NCBI GenBank assembly: GCA_036229005.1
Contig: JAZAMN010000016.1
Location: forward strand, 92,371 to 156,370
Length of the DNA: 64,000 nucleotides
Reading direction: 5' to 3'
Source of the DNA: Myxococcota bacterium
GTDB lineage: Bacteria; Myxococcota_A; UBA796; CAJQPC01
Shown: positions 19,192 to 28,448 of the stretch, in pieces
Numbering within the stretch: the first letter of the stretch is position 1
How the letters are laid out: the number at the start of each line of letters is the position of its first letter
Notes under the pieces: model-generated
What the model was told of the DNA's origin: nothing
What the model saw: the letters and a program-made list of their open reading frames with translations, nothing else
Databases searched by the model: none
Position numbers and translations under genes: made by a program

Positions 19192-21045
19192 CTACTGCGT
19201 GCCCAGCGTGAAGCCGGACAGCCCGTCCTCGCAGGGATCGGGGTTGTCAGGGAGGGTCTGTATCACCTGACCCCAGGGGGTGTGCCCGGGTGCCTGCAGC
19301 GCCGGGGTCTGTCCCTCTCCCGGAGGCAGCAGCGCGAACCCTGACGCGGACGCGGGCGGCCCAAAGCGCACATAGACCTCCCGAGCGGACTCCCAGCCGG
19401 TCCAAGCCACCTGCGCCACCGTCTCCAGGGGGACCCGGTGGTCCACCAGCAGCACCAGCGGCTCGCTCGAGGTGAACACCAGGGACTGGTAGAGCTGCAC
19501 CACCACGCCGCCGACGACCTCGGACTCGGGGAGCCGCCCCCCGGGCATGGGCAGGCGAATGCCCCCGCTGTCCACCAGAGCCCGGGCGCTCAGGCGAAGG
19601 GTGCGGGCCTCGGTCGGGACGCTGCAGCGGCTCTGTGGGGCGGCGGGCGGCTCGAAGTCCCAGCGGCCCAGCCCCTGGGTGGCGTCCAGGGCGGTGGCCA
19701 GGCGCAGCACCCCCGCCTCCACGCTGTCCACGCACTGCACACAGTTCTCGCGGGTGGCCTCCCAGTCGCCCTCGGCGTACCACGGCAGTCCCTCGCTGGT
19801 GGTCGGGAGCTCCAGCACGGCGGCGGGCAGGCCGCTGGCCAGAGCGGTGGGCCCGTAGGCTCCCTGGGCCAGGATCCCCTCGACCCCCGCCTCCTTCAGC
19901 GCGAGCCCCAGGCTCAGGCTCCCGCTGGCGCGGGCCAGGAGCAGCTCGGCTTCGATGGGGCCCTCCTCGGCGAATGTGACAGCGCAGGCGCGCAGGCCCC
20001 CAGGCAGCGCGGTCTCCAACCCCAGCACCGCGATACGTTTTCCCTTGCCCGGCGCGCAGTCCACAGACACGGGCACCGGGATCGCTGTCGCAGATTGCTT
20101 GGGGGGCCCCACGAGCTGTCGCAGATTCCCCGCCGGGGCCGCGCCCTGAAGCACGCTGGCGGGCGTGTGGGGCAGGGGACTCGGGAGCTGCTTGCCGCCT
20201 CCCAGGATGGGCTGCAGGAAGTCGAGCGCCGCCTGGATCATGGGCTCCGTGTAGCCGTGCGGACCGGGGATGGGGGTCCAGGTGGCGGGCCCGGGGAGGT
20301 CCGGGGGAGGGGGCCGGCCGTCTTCGACCATCCACAGGCTGGGGTCCTGGAGGGAGGCGAGGAGCTCGGCGCTCGGTACGCCGGGGTCCACCACGTCACA
20401 GCGGCAGCCCCCGTCACTGCTGGGGTGGGGGATGGGCACCGGCGAGGCCAGGATGGCGGCGACCGGACGGGGATCCACGACGCTCAGGTAGAAGGCCTGC
20501 ACCGCCCCACCGCTCGCGCCGCTGACCGCCACCGGGCCCACATCGCCCCGGCGCTCCAGGTAGTCCAGGCCCGCCTGCAGGCCCGCGAGCTGCACCGCCA
20601 TCGCCGAGCTGCCCGCGCGCGCCAGGTGCAGCCGGTTTGCGCCCCCCGCCGCAAAGTGGATCTGCCGCCCGGGGGTGTCCCCCTCCTCGACTCCGGGGGT
20701 GTCCAGCGCGAGCACCAGGTAGCCGTTGGCGGCGAAGGCGTGGGCGGGTCCCTGCACCTCGCCGGAGGACTTGCCCTCGCCGAAGTGACCATGGGCCATC
20801 AACACCGCGGGGTGGGGGCCGGGGCCGTCGGGAACGAAGAGCACCCCCGGGAGCTCGAAGTCCGGTCCGACGCCCACGCGCAGGGGCTGGACGCTGTACC
20901 CGGCGCCGGGAACGACCTGCCCCAGGTGCACCTGGACTGGGGCGCGCTGGATGGCCTCCAGGCCCAGGCCGGGGAGCGCGCGGGCCGGGGGTGGTGCGCT
21001 CGGGCCAGACCCACAGCCCAGCAGCCCCAGCAGCAGCGGGCTCAC
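19192..21045 (-). CDS. Lipoprotein alpha/beta hydrolase (acetylxylan-esterase-like) with C-terminal extension
   Basis: LLLGLLGC lipobox; GPHPAVLMAHGH; GASGG nucleophile elbow; PHGY His. Confidence 0.75.
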   Translation of the reverse strand: MSPLLLGLLGCGSGPSAPPPARALPGLGLEAIQRAPVQVHLGQVVPGAGYSVQPLRVGVGPDFELPGVLFVPDGPGPHPAVLMAHGHFGEGKSSGEVQGPAHAFAANGYLVLALDTPGVEEGDTPGRQIHFAAGGANRLHLARAGSSAMAVQLAGLQAGLDYLERRGDVGPVAVSGASGGAVQAFYLSVVDPRPVAAILASPVPIPHPSSDGGCRCDVVDPGVPSAELLASLQDPSLWMVEDGRPPPPDLPGPATWTPIPGPHGYTEPMIQAALDFLQPILGGGKQLPSPLPHTPASVLQGAAPAGNLRQLVGPPKQSATAIPVPVSVDCAPGKGKRIAVLGLETALPGGLRACAVTFAEEGPIEAELLLARASGSLSLGLALKEAGVEGILAQGAYGPTALASGLPAAVLELPTTSEGLPWYAEGDWEATRENCVQCVDSVEAGVLRLATALDATQGLGRWDFEPPAAPQSRCSVPTEARTLRLSARALVDSGGIRLPMPGGRLPESEVVGGVVVQLYQSLVFTSSEPLVLLVDHRVPLETVAQVAWTGWESAREVYVRFGPPASASGFALLPPGEGQTPALQAPGHTPWGQVIQTLPDNPDPCEDGLSGFTLGTQ

Positions 21046-21896
21046 AGCTCGGGGACCAGCTTGTGAAGGTCGGGCAGGGCGAGCTCCACTTGTCGGCCCC
21101 GCTGCTGCACCGGCACACGCGCCAGGGCCTCGCTCTGGTCGGGGGGGCGCCCCAGGCGGGCCTGCAGCAGCCCGTAGCGCAGGGCCACCGCCAGTCGGCG
21201 GGCCTGGTCCCGGTCTGCGCACTTCAGCCGCGCGTGCAGGGCCAGGCCCTCATGGCTGGGGGTCACGGAGAGGCCCAGCTCCACCAGCTCGACCTGGAGC
21301 TCCGCGAGCAGGGCGGGGAGGGGGAGCAGGAGCTGGCGAAGCCCGCGCGCCTGGGGGTGAGGGGAGCGGCCCAGGCGGCGCTGGAGGTGGTTGATGGCCT
21401 CGAGGGGCTCGGGCGACCAGAGCCAGATGGGGCCTTGCGGGACCATGTCCTCGCCGGCGCGCGCGTCCAGCAGAGGCACGCGCTCCCGGGTGTGCTGCAT
21501 TGCGCTGCGGTCTCCGAGGACCAGCCCACCGCCTTCCTCCTCGGCGAGCTGACGCCGGTGGCCAGCGCCCACGGACCAGGTCAGGTGGCCAGGCTGTGAG
21601 GGCAGGGCGTCCGGGCGCTCCCAGGTGGAGACGCTGCCGGTGAGCTCCAGGAAGCAGCCCTTGCCGGCGCAGGCCAGGACCATCGGCGCGGGGTCGGGGG
21701 TGATGTTTGCGTCCGCCAGCGCCTGGCTCAGGGCCTGCGCGGCGGGATCCAGGGCGGGATCTGAGGCCAGCGCCTGCTGCTCCAGGCCGACCACCAGCGT
21801 GAGCGTCTGGGGCAGGTGCAGGTCCAGCGACTGGCTGGGAAACAGCGGCGCGGGGGCGGTGCAGGCCAGGACCAGCAGGGGGAGGAGGGTCGACAC
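21042..21896 (-). CDS. Putative lipoprotein
   Basis: LLPLLVLAC lipobox; 4-bp overlap with the next gene; start uncertain (ORF open to 21968). Confidence 0.6.
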   Translation of the reverse strand: MSTLLPLLVLACTAPAPLFPSQSLDLHLPQTLTLVVGLEQQALASDPALDPAAQALSQALADANITPDPAPMVLACAGKGCFLELTGSVSTWERPDALPSQPGHLTWSVGAGHRRQLAEEEGGGLVLGDRSAMQHTRERVPLLDARAGEDMVPQGPIWLWSPEPLEAINHLQRRLGRSPHPQARGLRQLLLPLPALLAELQVELVELGLSVTPSHEGLALHARLKCADRDQARRLAVALRYGLLQARLGRPPDQSEALARVPVQQRGRQVELALPDLHKLVPEL

Positions 21897-21981
21897 GCCC
21901 AGAGCCTGACCCGGCGCGCGCTGAGCCGCAAGGCCTCGGGCCAGAGCCAAGGATCCTTGAGGCATCACCTTCGAAAAAGTC

Positions 21982-21999
21982 TTGACAGGTCCAGACCTG
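21982..21999 (+). promoter_or_regulatory. Sigma70-type -35 box overlapped by a palindromic operator candidate
   Basis: TTGACA at 21982-21987 after an A-tract; CAGGTC-CA-GACCTG at 21986-21999; upstream of the LysM gene. The -10 box is not clear. Confidence 0.4.
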
Positions 22000-22062
22000 C
22001 GTGTTCATCTGCACGCGATCCCCCCCTCCCCTCCCCCCTCCATCTCTCCCCCCTCCAGGCCA

Positions 22063-22932
22063 ATGACCGCCACCGATCCGATCCCCTTCGACGAGGCCCC
22101 CCGCGGCAGCGGCACCCCCCACGGGGTCAAGGGCATCGCCGACCTGCTGGAGTCCCAGGGTGTGGACGCCAGCTCCGACCTCTACGACGAGGCCGTGGTC
22201 CTGGCCCGGCAGGGACACCTGGGGCGCGCCCGCGACCGCCTGCGGATGCTGCTGTGCCTGGACCCCCACGACGCCCAGGCCCACCTGCTGCTGGGCAAGG
22301 TCTTCGGCGCCCAGAAGCGCTGGAGCGATGCCCTCAAGGAGGTCGACGCCGCCGCCGCCTGTGGCCTGCGCGTGGACCCCACCCTCAAGGGCCAGCTCGA
22401 GGCCGCTCGCGACGCCTCCCGCGATGACCAGGCCCGCAGCGAGCGCATCTCCGCCCGCACTGCGGAAGAGGTCCGCGCCCTCCGCGACGAGGCCCGCCGG
22501 CTCCGTGCCGAGAACACCCGCCTGGAGCGCCTGCACAAGGAGTCCAGCGACAAGGCGAGGCTCTGGATGAGCGCCACCGTCGTGGCCGCTGTCATCGGCT
22601 TGCTGGGCGTGGTCCTGAGCGTCGGATTCGGCAGCGCAGACGAGGTCACCGAGCCCGCTGCCGCCTCCGAGCCCACCGCTCTGGAGGCCCCCCAGGCTCC
22701 CGCCGCGCTGGACGCCGTCCCCGGCGCCGACCGCACGCCCCCTCCCCAGCTCGCCCCTGCGCCCCCCGCGCAGTCGCGGAGCTACACCGTCCGCAGCGGA
22801 GACTCCCTGGCGGGGATCTCCCTCAAGGTCTACGGCACCGAGGCTCGGTGGAAGGACCTGCAGGACGCCAACCCCAAGCTGGGTGGGGGCACCGCCCTCC
22901 AGCCCGGCATGGAGCTGGTCGTGCCTGACTGA
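22063..22932 (+). CDS. TPR + coiled-coil + TM + LysM peptidoglycan-binding protein
   Basis: TPR-like DAQAHLLLGKVF; one TM helix; YTVRSGDSLAGISLKVYG...LQDANP...LQPGMELVVP LysM. Confidence 0.88.
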   Translation: MTATDPIPFDEAPRGSGTPHGVKGIADLLESQGVDASSDLYDEAVVLARQGHLGRARDRLRMLLCLDPHDAQAHLLLGKVFGAQKRWSDALKEVDAAAACGLRVDPTLKGQLEAARDASRDDQARSERISARTAEEVRALRDEARRLRAENTRLERLHKESSDKARLWMSATVVAAVIGLLGVVLSVGFGSADEVTEPAAASEPTALEAPQAPAALDAVPGADRTPPPQLAPAPPAQSRSYTVRSGDSLAGISLKVYGTEARWKDLQDANPKLGGGTALQPGMELVVPD

Positions 22933-23047
22933 TTTCGAGTTGTGGAGGTGCGGGGCGATGAGCGCTCCCCTCCCCCCGGCAGGTCCCAGTGCCAGGGACC
23001 GCCGTGGCCGCCCGGAGGCCGACCTGGGATTGTGCCCCCAGGTCGGC

Positions 23048-23080
23048 CTTCTTTCTGCGGGGCAGAAAGAAGTTGTTTTG
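23048..23080 (+). terminator. Probable intrinsic terminator after the LysM gene
   Basis: CTTCTTTCTGC-GGG-GCAGAAAGAAG 11-bp stem followed by TTGTTTTG. Confidence 0.55.
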
Positions 23081-24010
23081 TGGGGGACAAGGTCCCCCAC
23101 ACCCCCTGTACGAACTCCCCAAAGGGGGAGTTCGGCTCGGCCCAGGTATGGCCCTCGCGGGATTCGGGGCCGGCGCGACGGAGCTCCGACACCGGTCGGG
23201 CGCGCAGGCCACAGAAAACCAGAGCGCGCATCCCAAGGCCCGCCTTGAGAAGCACTCTGGCCACCGGAGCCGAGGGGCCTCCAAGCCCCGCCTTGAGCAG
23301 TACGCCGGCCTCCACGGGAAAGAGTGTTGAGCCGCCGGACAAGGGCCCCCACACCCCCTGTACGAACTCCCAAAAGGGGGAGTTCGGCTCGGCCCAGGAA
23401 TGGCCCTCGCGGGATTCGCGGCCGGCGCGACGAGCTGCCGACCAGGGTCGGGCGCGCCGGCCTCCGAATCCGAGAGGGGGCACCCCAAGGCCCGCCTTGA
23501 GAAACACTCTGGCCACCGGAGCCGAGGGGCCTCCAAGCCCCACCTTGAGCAGTACGCCGGCCTCCACGGGAAGGAGGGTTGAGCCGCCGGAGTTCGGCTC
23601 GGCACAGGCATGGCCCTCGCGGGATTCGGGGCCGGCGCAACGAGCTGCCGACCAGGGTCGGGCGCGCCGGCCTCCGAATCCGAGGGGGGTCCCGAGGCCC
23701 GCCTTGGGCAGCAAGATGGCCTCCGGAGCCGAGGGGGCCCCAAGCCCCACCTTGAGCAGTACGCCGGCCACCGAATCCGGGGGACGGGCTCGGGGCAACG
23801 AAGAGGTCCATGCGGCCGGACAAGGTCCCCCACGCCGCCTGTGCGGGCTCTCCAAAGGGGGAGTTCGGCTCGGCCCAGGCAAGGGCTCTCGCGGGATTCG
23901 CGGCCGGCGCGACGGAGCTCCGACCAGGGTCGGGCGGGACGGCCTCCGAATCCGAGGGAGGCTCCCAAGCCCACGTTGAGCAGCACGCTGGCCTCCGAAT
24001 CCAGGTGACG
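23080..24010. repeat. Tandem array of four roughly 200-250-bp palindrome-rich repeats
   Basis: Core GAGTTCGGCTCGGC[CA]CAGG at 23128, 23380, 23590 and 23861; units start at about 23086, 23338, 23590 (5'-truncated) and 23819. Confidence 0.9.
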
Positions 24011-24149
24011 GGCCTCCCGCCCGGCGAGCCACCAGGGCGGCCCTGCTCTCGCCCCACCCGGGGAGCTATTCCTCGCTTGCAGCGGGTTCGCCTGCGGCCA
24101 CACGGACGGCCCGGATCAGGGTCACGATCGCCGACCCCGGGGGCCCAGC

Positions 24150-24347
24150 ACACACCTGACCTCCGATGCCTGATACCCGAGCCCCCCAGGCCCCTGACCT
24201 CAGAGACCCGAGCCCCCACCAAGTCGGCTGCCACCAACCCCCGCCCCCCTCTCCAAGGCCATCGCCGGTCCCCGGTCGCCGGTCTCCGGTCGCCGCGCCC
24301 CGCCCCCACCGACACCTGACCTCCGATACCCGATACCCGATACCCGG
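24150..24347. repeat. Short heptamer tandem repeats
   Basis: CACCTGACCTCCGAT twice (about 24153 and 24313); (CCGATAC)x3 at about 24323-24343; (NCCGGTC)x4 at about 24264-24291. Confidence 0.75.
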
Positions 24348-24374
24348 CGCCCCCAGGCCCCAGGCCCCCCGAGG

Positions 24375-26129
24375 CTAAACCAGCCCCTCCAACGCCTCCA
24401 GATCCGCCTCCAGCGGCGCGATCGCCTGCCACCACACCTCGGGATCCCGCAGGTCGAGGCCCAAGGTCTCCTGGGCGAGCACCTCGCCCTGCTGCCAGCC
24501 GGTGCGGCGGAGCAGCTCGACGTAGTCGGCGTGGGCCTCCTGACCGCCCTCCAGCACGCGCCGGTAGACGAGCTGCGCGAAGAGGTAGCCGTAGGTGTAG
24601 GGGTAGTTGTAGAAGGAGCGCCCGGAGATGTAGAAGTGGAGCTTGGAGGCCCAGAAGCTGGGATCCCAACTCCTCAGGGCGCCGCGGTACCAGTCCCGCT
24701 GCAGGGACTCCATCTCACCAGCGAGGACATCGGGCTGCAGGGGGCCCTCGCGCCGCAGGGCGTAGAGGCGCCGCTCGAACTCGTAGCGCACGGGGATGTT
24801 CATCAGGAAGGACACCCCGGCCATCAGCCGCGCGTCCAGCATGGAGCGCTTGGAGGCGACGTCGTCCGCGGCCCGCAGCGCCGCGTCCCGCACCAACGAC
24901 TCCGCGAAGATCGAGGCGGTCTCCGCCAGCGTGGAGGGCACCTGGCGCCGGAAGGCGGGCAGGTCCCGGATGGCGTGGTTGTGGAAGGCGTGGCCCAGCT
25001 CGTGGGCCAGGGTGACCGTGCTGCGGAAGGTGCCGCCAAAGGTCAGGAAGACCCGCGACTGACCCACCGTGGGGGCGAAGGCACACCAGGCCCCCGGGCG
25101 CTTGCCGCCGCGGTCCTCGGCCTCGACCCAGCCACCGCCGAATGCCCCCTCGGCGAAGGCCCGGAGCTCCGGATGGTAGGCCCCGAAGTTGTCCAGGATG
25201 AAAGCCTCGGCCTCCTCCCAGGACTGCGCGGAGGACTTGGAGGGCAGCGGCGCCGCGAGGTCCTCCCAGCCCATCTGGTCGACGCCCAGAAGCCGGGCCT
25301 TGACGCCCAGGTAGCGCTCCAGCATGGGGCCCGCGCGCCGAGAGGCCTCCAGCATGGCGTCCAGCGAGGCCCGCTCCAGGCGGTTGGCGGCCAGGGTGTC
25401 GGCCAGCTCATCCACGCCCCGCCGGTCGTTGAGCACCTGCCGTGTGCCGGTGATGTGCGTGAGCGCCCGCGCGCAGTCGTCGTAGACGCCCTCCCAAGCC
25501 TGGCCCCAAGCCTCGTGGGCGCGGGTGCGGAGCGCGGCGTCCGTGCTGCCGAAGAGGTTCATGACCTGGGTCGCGCTGAGGGTCTCCCCACCCAGCTCGA
25601 TCTGCAGGCGGCCGCTCAGTCGGTCGTAGACGCGTCCCCAGGCCTGGATGCCGTCGCGGGCCAGCTCCGTCGCCAGCGCCTGCTCCCCCCGGGGCAACAG
25701 CAGCCCCGCCTGCTCCCGAGAGCGCTCCAGCATCGGCCGCATCTCCTCCAGCTCCGGGCGGGCGATCAGCGCCCCGATGGCCTCGCCGTCACCAAAGGCG
25801 ATGCCGTCCTGGACGGGGACCCAAGCCCGGGAGATGCGGTTCCAGAGCGCGCCCACCCGCGCAGCCGCTCGCTCCGCCGCCTCATCAAAGGTGTCCGCAG
25901 ACGCCAGGCAGTGCACGAAGGTGCTCAGGGTGTGCGTGCGCGTCGACAGCTCCTGGGCCTCCAGCATCCACTGCACCCAGGGCTCCGGGTCGGCGGGGGC
26001 GCCGAGGGCCTCCGCACGCGTGACCAGCTCCTCCGCGCGCGCCTCCAGGCCAGCGGCCTCGTTCGCGAATGCCTCGCCACCCAGTCCCCCCGGAAACAGC
26101 GCCTCCAGATCCCATCGCGGTGCGTTCAT
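24375..26129 (-). CDS. M3 family oligoendopeptidase (PepF-like)
   Basis: RWDLEALF, GKRPGAWC, TLAHELGHAFH (HExxH), LAETASIFAE, WASKLHFY, FYNYPYTYG. Confidence 0.93.
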   Translation of the reverse strand: MNAPRWDLEALFPGGLGGEAFANEAAGLEARAEELVTRAEALGAPADPEPWVQWMLEAQELSTRTHTLSTFVHCLASADTFDEAAERAAARVGALWNRISRAWVPVQDGIAFGDGEAIGALIARPELEEMRPMLERSREQAGLLLPRGEQALATELARDGIQAWGRVYDRLSGRLQIELGGETLSATQVMNLFGSTDAALRTRAHEAWGQAWEGVYDDCARALTHITGTRQVLNDRRGVDELADTLAANRLERASLDAMLEASRRAGPMLERYLGVKARLLGVDQMGWEDLAAPLPSKSSAQSWEEAEAFILDNFGAYHPELRAFAEGAFGGGWVEAEDRGGKRPGAWCAFAPTVGQSRVFLTFGGTFRSTVTLAHELGHAFHNHAIRDLPAFRRQVPSTLAETASIFAESLVRDAALRAADDVASKRSMLDARLMAGVSFLMNIPVRYEFERRLYALRREGPLQPDVLAGEMESLQRDWYRGALRSWDPSFWASKLHFYISGRSFYNYPYTYGYLFAQLVYRRVLEGGQEAHADYVELLRRTGWQQGEVLAQETLGLDLRDPEVWWQAIAPLEADLEALEGLV

Positions 26130-26270
26130 GCTCAACCTCCCTTGTCGTGGCTCGTCGCGCGCTCACCCAGTGTGACGGACGCGGAGCCGGAGAGTCGCAC
26201 ACTGCGGCGCCCCCTGGCGACCCGGCGGAGCAGAGCCCAGCGGACGTCGACCTCGGGGTATCCTTCGCCC

Positions 26271-27503
26271 ATGCAGCGCATCGAGCAGATCCACAGCCTC
26301 ATCGAGGCCGAGATGGCCGGCCTCCCGGTCCAGGAGCACGACCCCAGCCAGGGCCTGCCGCTACAGGTCGTGAGCTTCGGCGCCGCCGAGGTCAACGCCG
26401 CCATGGACTGCCTGATCTCCACCTGGGTCACCATGGGCGCGCAGGTCCAGGCCTTCGAGTCGGAGTGGGCCCAGTGGTGCGGGGCGGAGCACGGGGTCAT
26501 GTGCAACTCGGGCTCCTCGGCCAACCTCCTGATGCTGGGGGCCCTCGTCGAGACCGGGAGGCTGCAGCCCGGCGACGAGGTGCTGGTGCCCGCTGTCGCA
26601 TGGAGCACCTCATTGTTCCCCGTGGAACAGTGCGGCCTGACCCCCGTCCTGGTGGACGTGGACGCTGATACACTTTGCATCAGCCCCAGCGCCGCGGCCG
26701 CCGCGCTCACCCCCCGGACCAAGGCTGCGTTGGCCGTACACATGTTGGGTCAGCCGGCCCCCGTGGGCGCGCTGCAGGACCTGGGTCTGCTGGTGGTGGA
26801 GGACGCCTGCCCCGCTCCGGGCGCGGGCATCGATGGGCTGGGCCGCGCCGGCGCGATGGGCACCGCGGGCAGCTTCTCCTTCTTCTTCTCCCACCACATC
26901 ACCACGGTGGAGGGCGGCATCGTCGTGTGTCAGGACCGGGACCTGGCCGACGCCATGCGCAGCCTGCGGGCGCACGGCTGGGTGCGGGAGCGCTCGGACA
27001 AGGACGCGCTGATCGCCCAGAGTCCGGAGATCGACCCCCGCTTCCTGTTCGTGAGCCGCGGCTGGAACCTGCGCCCCACCGAGATGGCGGGGGCCATGGG
27101 CCGCATCCAGCTCCAGCGCCTGGAGCCCTGGCTGGAGCGACGTCGCACAAACCACCGGGAGTGGAACGCCCTGCTCGCGCACCTGGCCCCCAAGGTGCAG
27201 ACCCTGCCTCTGCACGCCGGCCAGACCCACGCGGCGTTCGCCTACCCCCTGATCCTGGCGCCCGGCATCGACCGCGCCCGCGTCATGGCCCACCTGGAGT
27301 CCCGCAAGATCTCCACGCGGCCCATCTCCGGCTCGAACCTGGCGCGGCAGCCAGCCTTTGAGCGGGTCCCCGGGGCGCGCGTCTCGGGTGCGTTGCCCGT
27401 CTCGGACACAGTCCATGAGCGCGGCTTCTTTGTTGGAAACAGTCATGCATTTCATTTGGGCCACGGGCGACTGCTGCTCGCGGCCTTGGAGGAGATCCTG
27501 TGA
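26271..27503 (+). CDS. DegT/DnrJ-fold PLP enzyme, ColD-type GDP-4-keto-6-deoxymannose 3-dehydratase-like
   Basis: NSGSSANLL, PGDEVLVP, EDAC, and FSHHITTVEGG with His at the usual Schiff-base Lys position. Confidence 0.85.
   Translation: MQRIEQIHSLIEAEMAGLPVQEHDPSQGLPLQVVSFGAAEVNAAMDCLISTWVTMGAQVQAFESEWAQWCGAEHGVMCNSGSSANLLMLGALVETGRLQPGDEVLVPAVAWSTSLFPVEQCGLTPVLVDVDADTLCISPSAAAAALTPRTKAALAVHMLGQPAPVGALQDLGLLVVEDACPAPGAGIDGLGRAGAMGTAGSFSFFFSHHITTVEGGIVVCQDRDLADAMRSLRAHGWVRERSDKDALIAQSPEIDPRFLFVSRGWNLRPTEMAGAMGRIQLQRLEPWLERRRTNHREWNALLAHLAPKVQTLPLHAGQTHAAFAYPLILAPGIDRARVMAHLESRKISTRPISGSNLARQPAFERVPGARVSGALPVSDTVHERGFFVGNSHAFHLGHGRLLLAALEEIL
26614..26629. promoter_or_regulatory. parS: Degenerate parS site inside a CDS
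   Basis: TGTTCCCCGTGGAACA, 15/16 match; local codons (TCA TTG ... GAA) are unusual for this window. Confidence 0.6.
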
Positions 27504-28438
27504 GCGATCCCAAGCGCGTTGTTGTCACTGGAGGCGCCGGCTACTACGGCAGCCTGGTCATCCGTCACCTGCTGCGCGATGGGTACAAGGTCCACGTGAT
27601 CGACAACCTGACCTACGGGCCCCACGCCATCATGGATCTGTTCATCCATGAGAACTTCTCCTTCACCAAGGGTGACGTGCTGGATGGCGAGCTCCTCAAG
27701 CGGGAGCTGGACGGCGCCTGGGGCTGCGTGCACCTGGCCGCGCTCGTGGGCTACCCGCTGTGCAAGAAGGAGCCGGAGCGCGCGGTCGCGGTCAACGTGC
27801 AGGGGACCAAGAACGTGTTGTCCTCGCTGGACCCACAGACCAAGCTGATCTACGCGAGCACCGGATCCAACTACGGTGAGGTCGAAGGCATCTGCACCGA
27901 AGAGACCCCCCTCAACCCCCTCTCCCTCTATGGCGAGACCAAGACCGAGGCCGAGCACCTGTGCATGGCCCGCGGCAACGTGGTGTCCTACAGATTCGCC
28001 ACCGCCTTTGGACTGTCCCCCCGCCTGCGACTGGATCTGATGATCAACGACTTCACCTGGCAGGCCCTGGTGCAGCGCTACCTGGTCGTCTACGAGAAGC
28101 ACTTCCGCCGCACCTTCATCCACGTCGAGGACATGGCGCGCTGCGTGGACTTCACCTTCCACAACTGGGACCGGATGGTGGACGAGGTGTTCAACGTGGG
28201 CGACGACTCCATGAACTTCACCAAGGAGCAGATCGTGCTGATGCTCCAGGAGCGCATCGACTTCATGTGTCACTTCGCCGAGGTCGGCAGCGACGCGGAC
28301 AAGCGCGACTACGAGGTCAGCTACCAGAAGATCCGGGACACCGGCTTCAAGACCAGCATCTCCATGGACCGGGGCGTGCGCGAGCTGGTCAACGGCCTGA
28401 GCCTGCTGGAGTTCCGCAAGCCCTACAGCAACGTCTGA
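27500..28438 (+). CDS. NAD-dependent epimerase/dehydratase (extended SDR)
   Basis: VTGGAGYYGS, HLAALVG, YGETK (YxxxK), RLRLDLMIN. Confidence 0.9.
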   Translation: MSDPKRVVVTGGAGYYGSLVIRHLLRDGYKVHVIDNLTYGPHAIMDLFIHENFSFTKGDVLDGELLKRELDGAWGCVHLAALVGYPLCKKEPERAVAVNVQGTKNVLSSLDPQTKLIYASTGSNYGEVEGICTEETPLNPLSLYGETKTEAEHLCMARGNVVSYRFATAFGLSPRLRLDLMINDFTWQALVQRYLVVYEKHFRRTFIHVEDMARCVDFTFHNWDRMVDEVFNVGDDSMNFTKEQIVLMLQERIDFMCHFAEVGSDADKRDYEVSYQKIRDTGFKTSISMDRGVRELVNGLSLLEFRKPYSNV

Positions 28439-28448
28439 GGGAGTCTGT

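Noticed and set aside
23080..24010. CRISPR array
   Set aside because: Units are 200-270 bp and similar along their whole length; there are no unique spacers and no cas genes.
21250..24669. Long ORFs across the repeat array (1139, 426, 400 and 345 aa)
   Set aside because: They are Arg/Gly/Pro-rich, open in several frames on both strands, lack native codon bias and overlap real genes. The 252-bp period keeps frames open. Coding is not strictly excluded.
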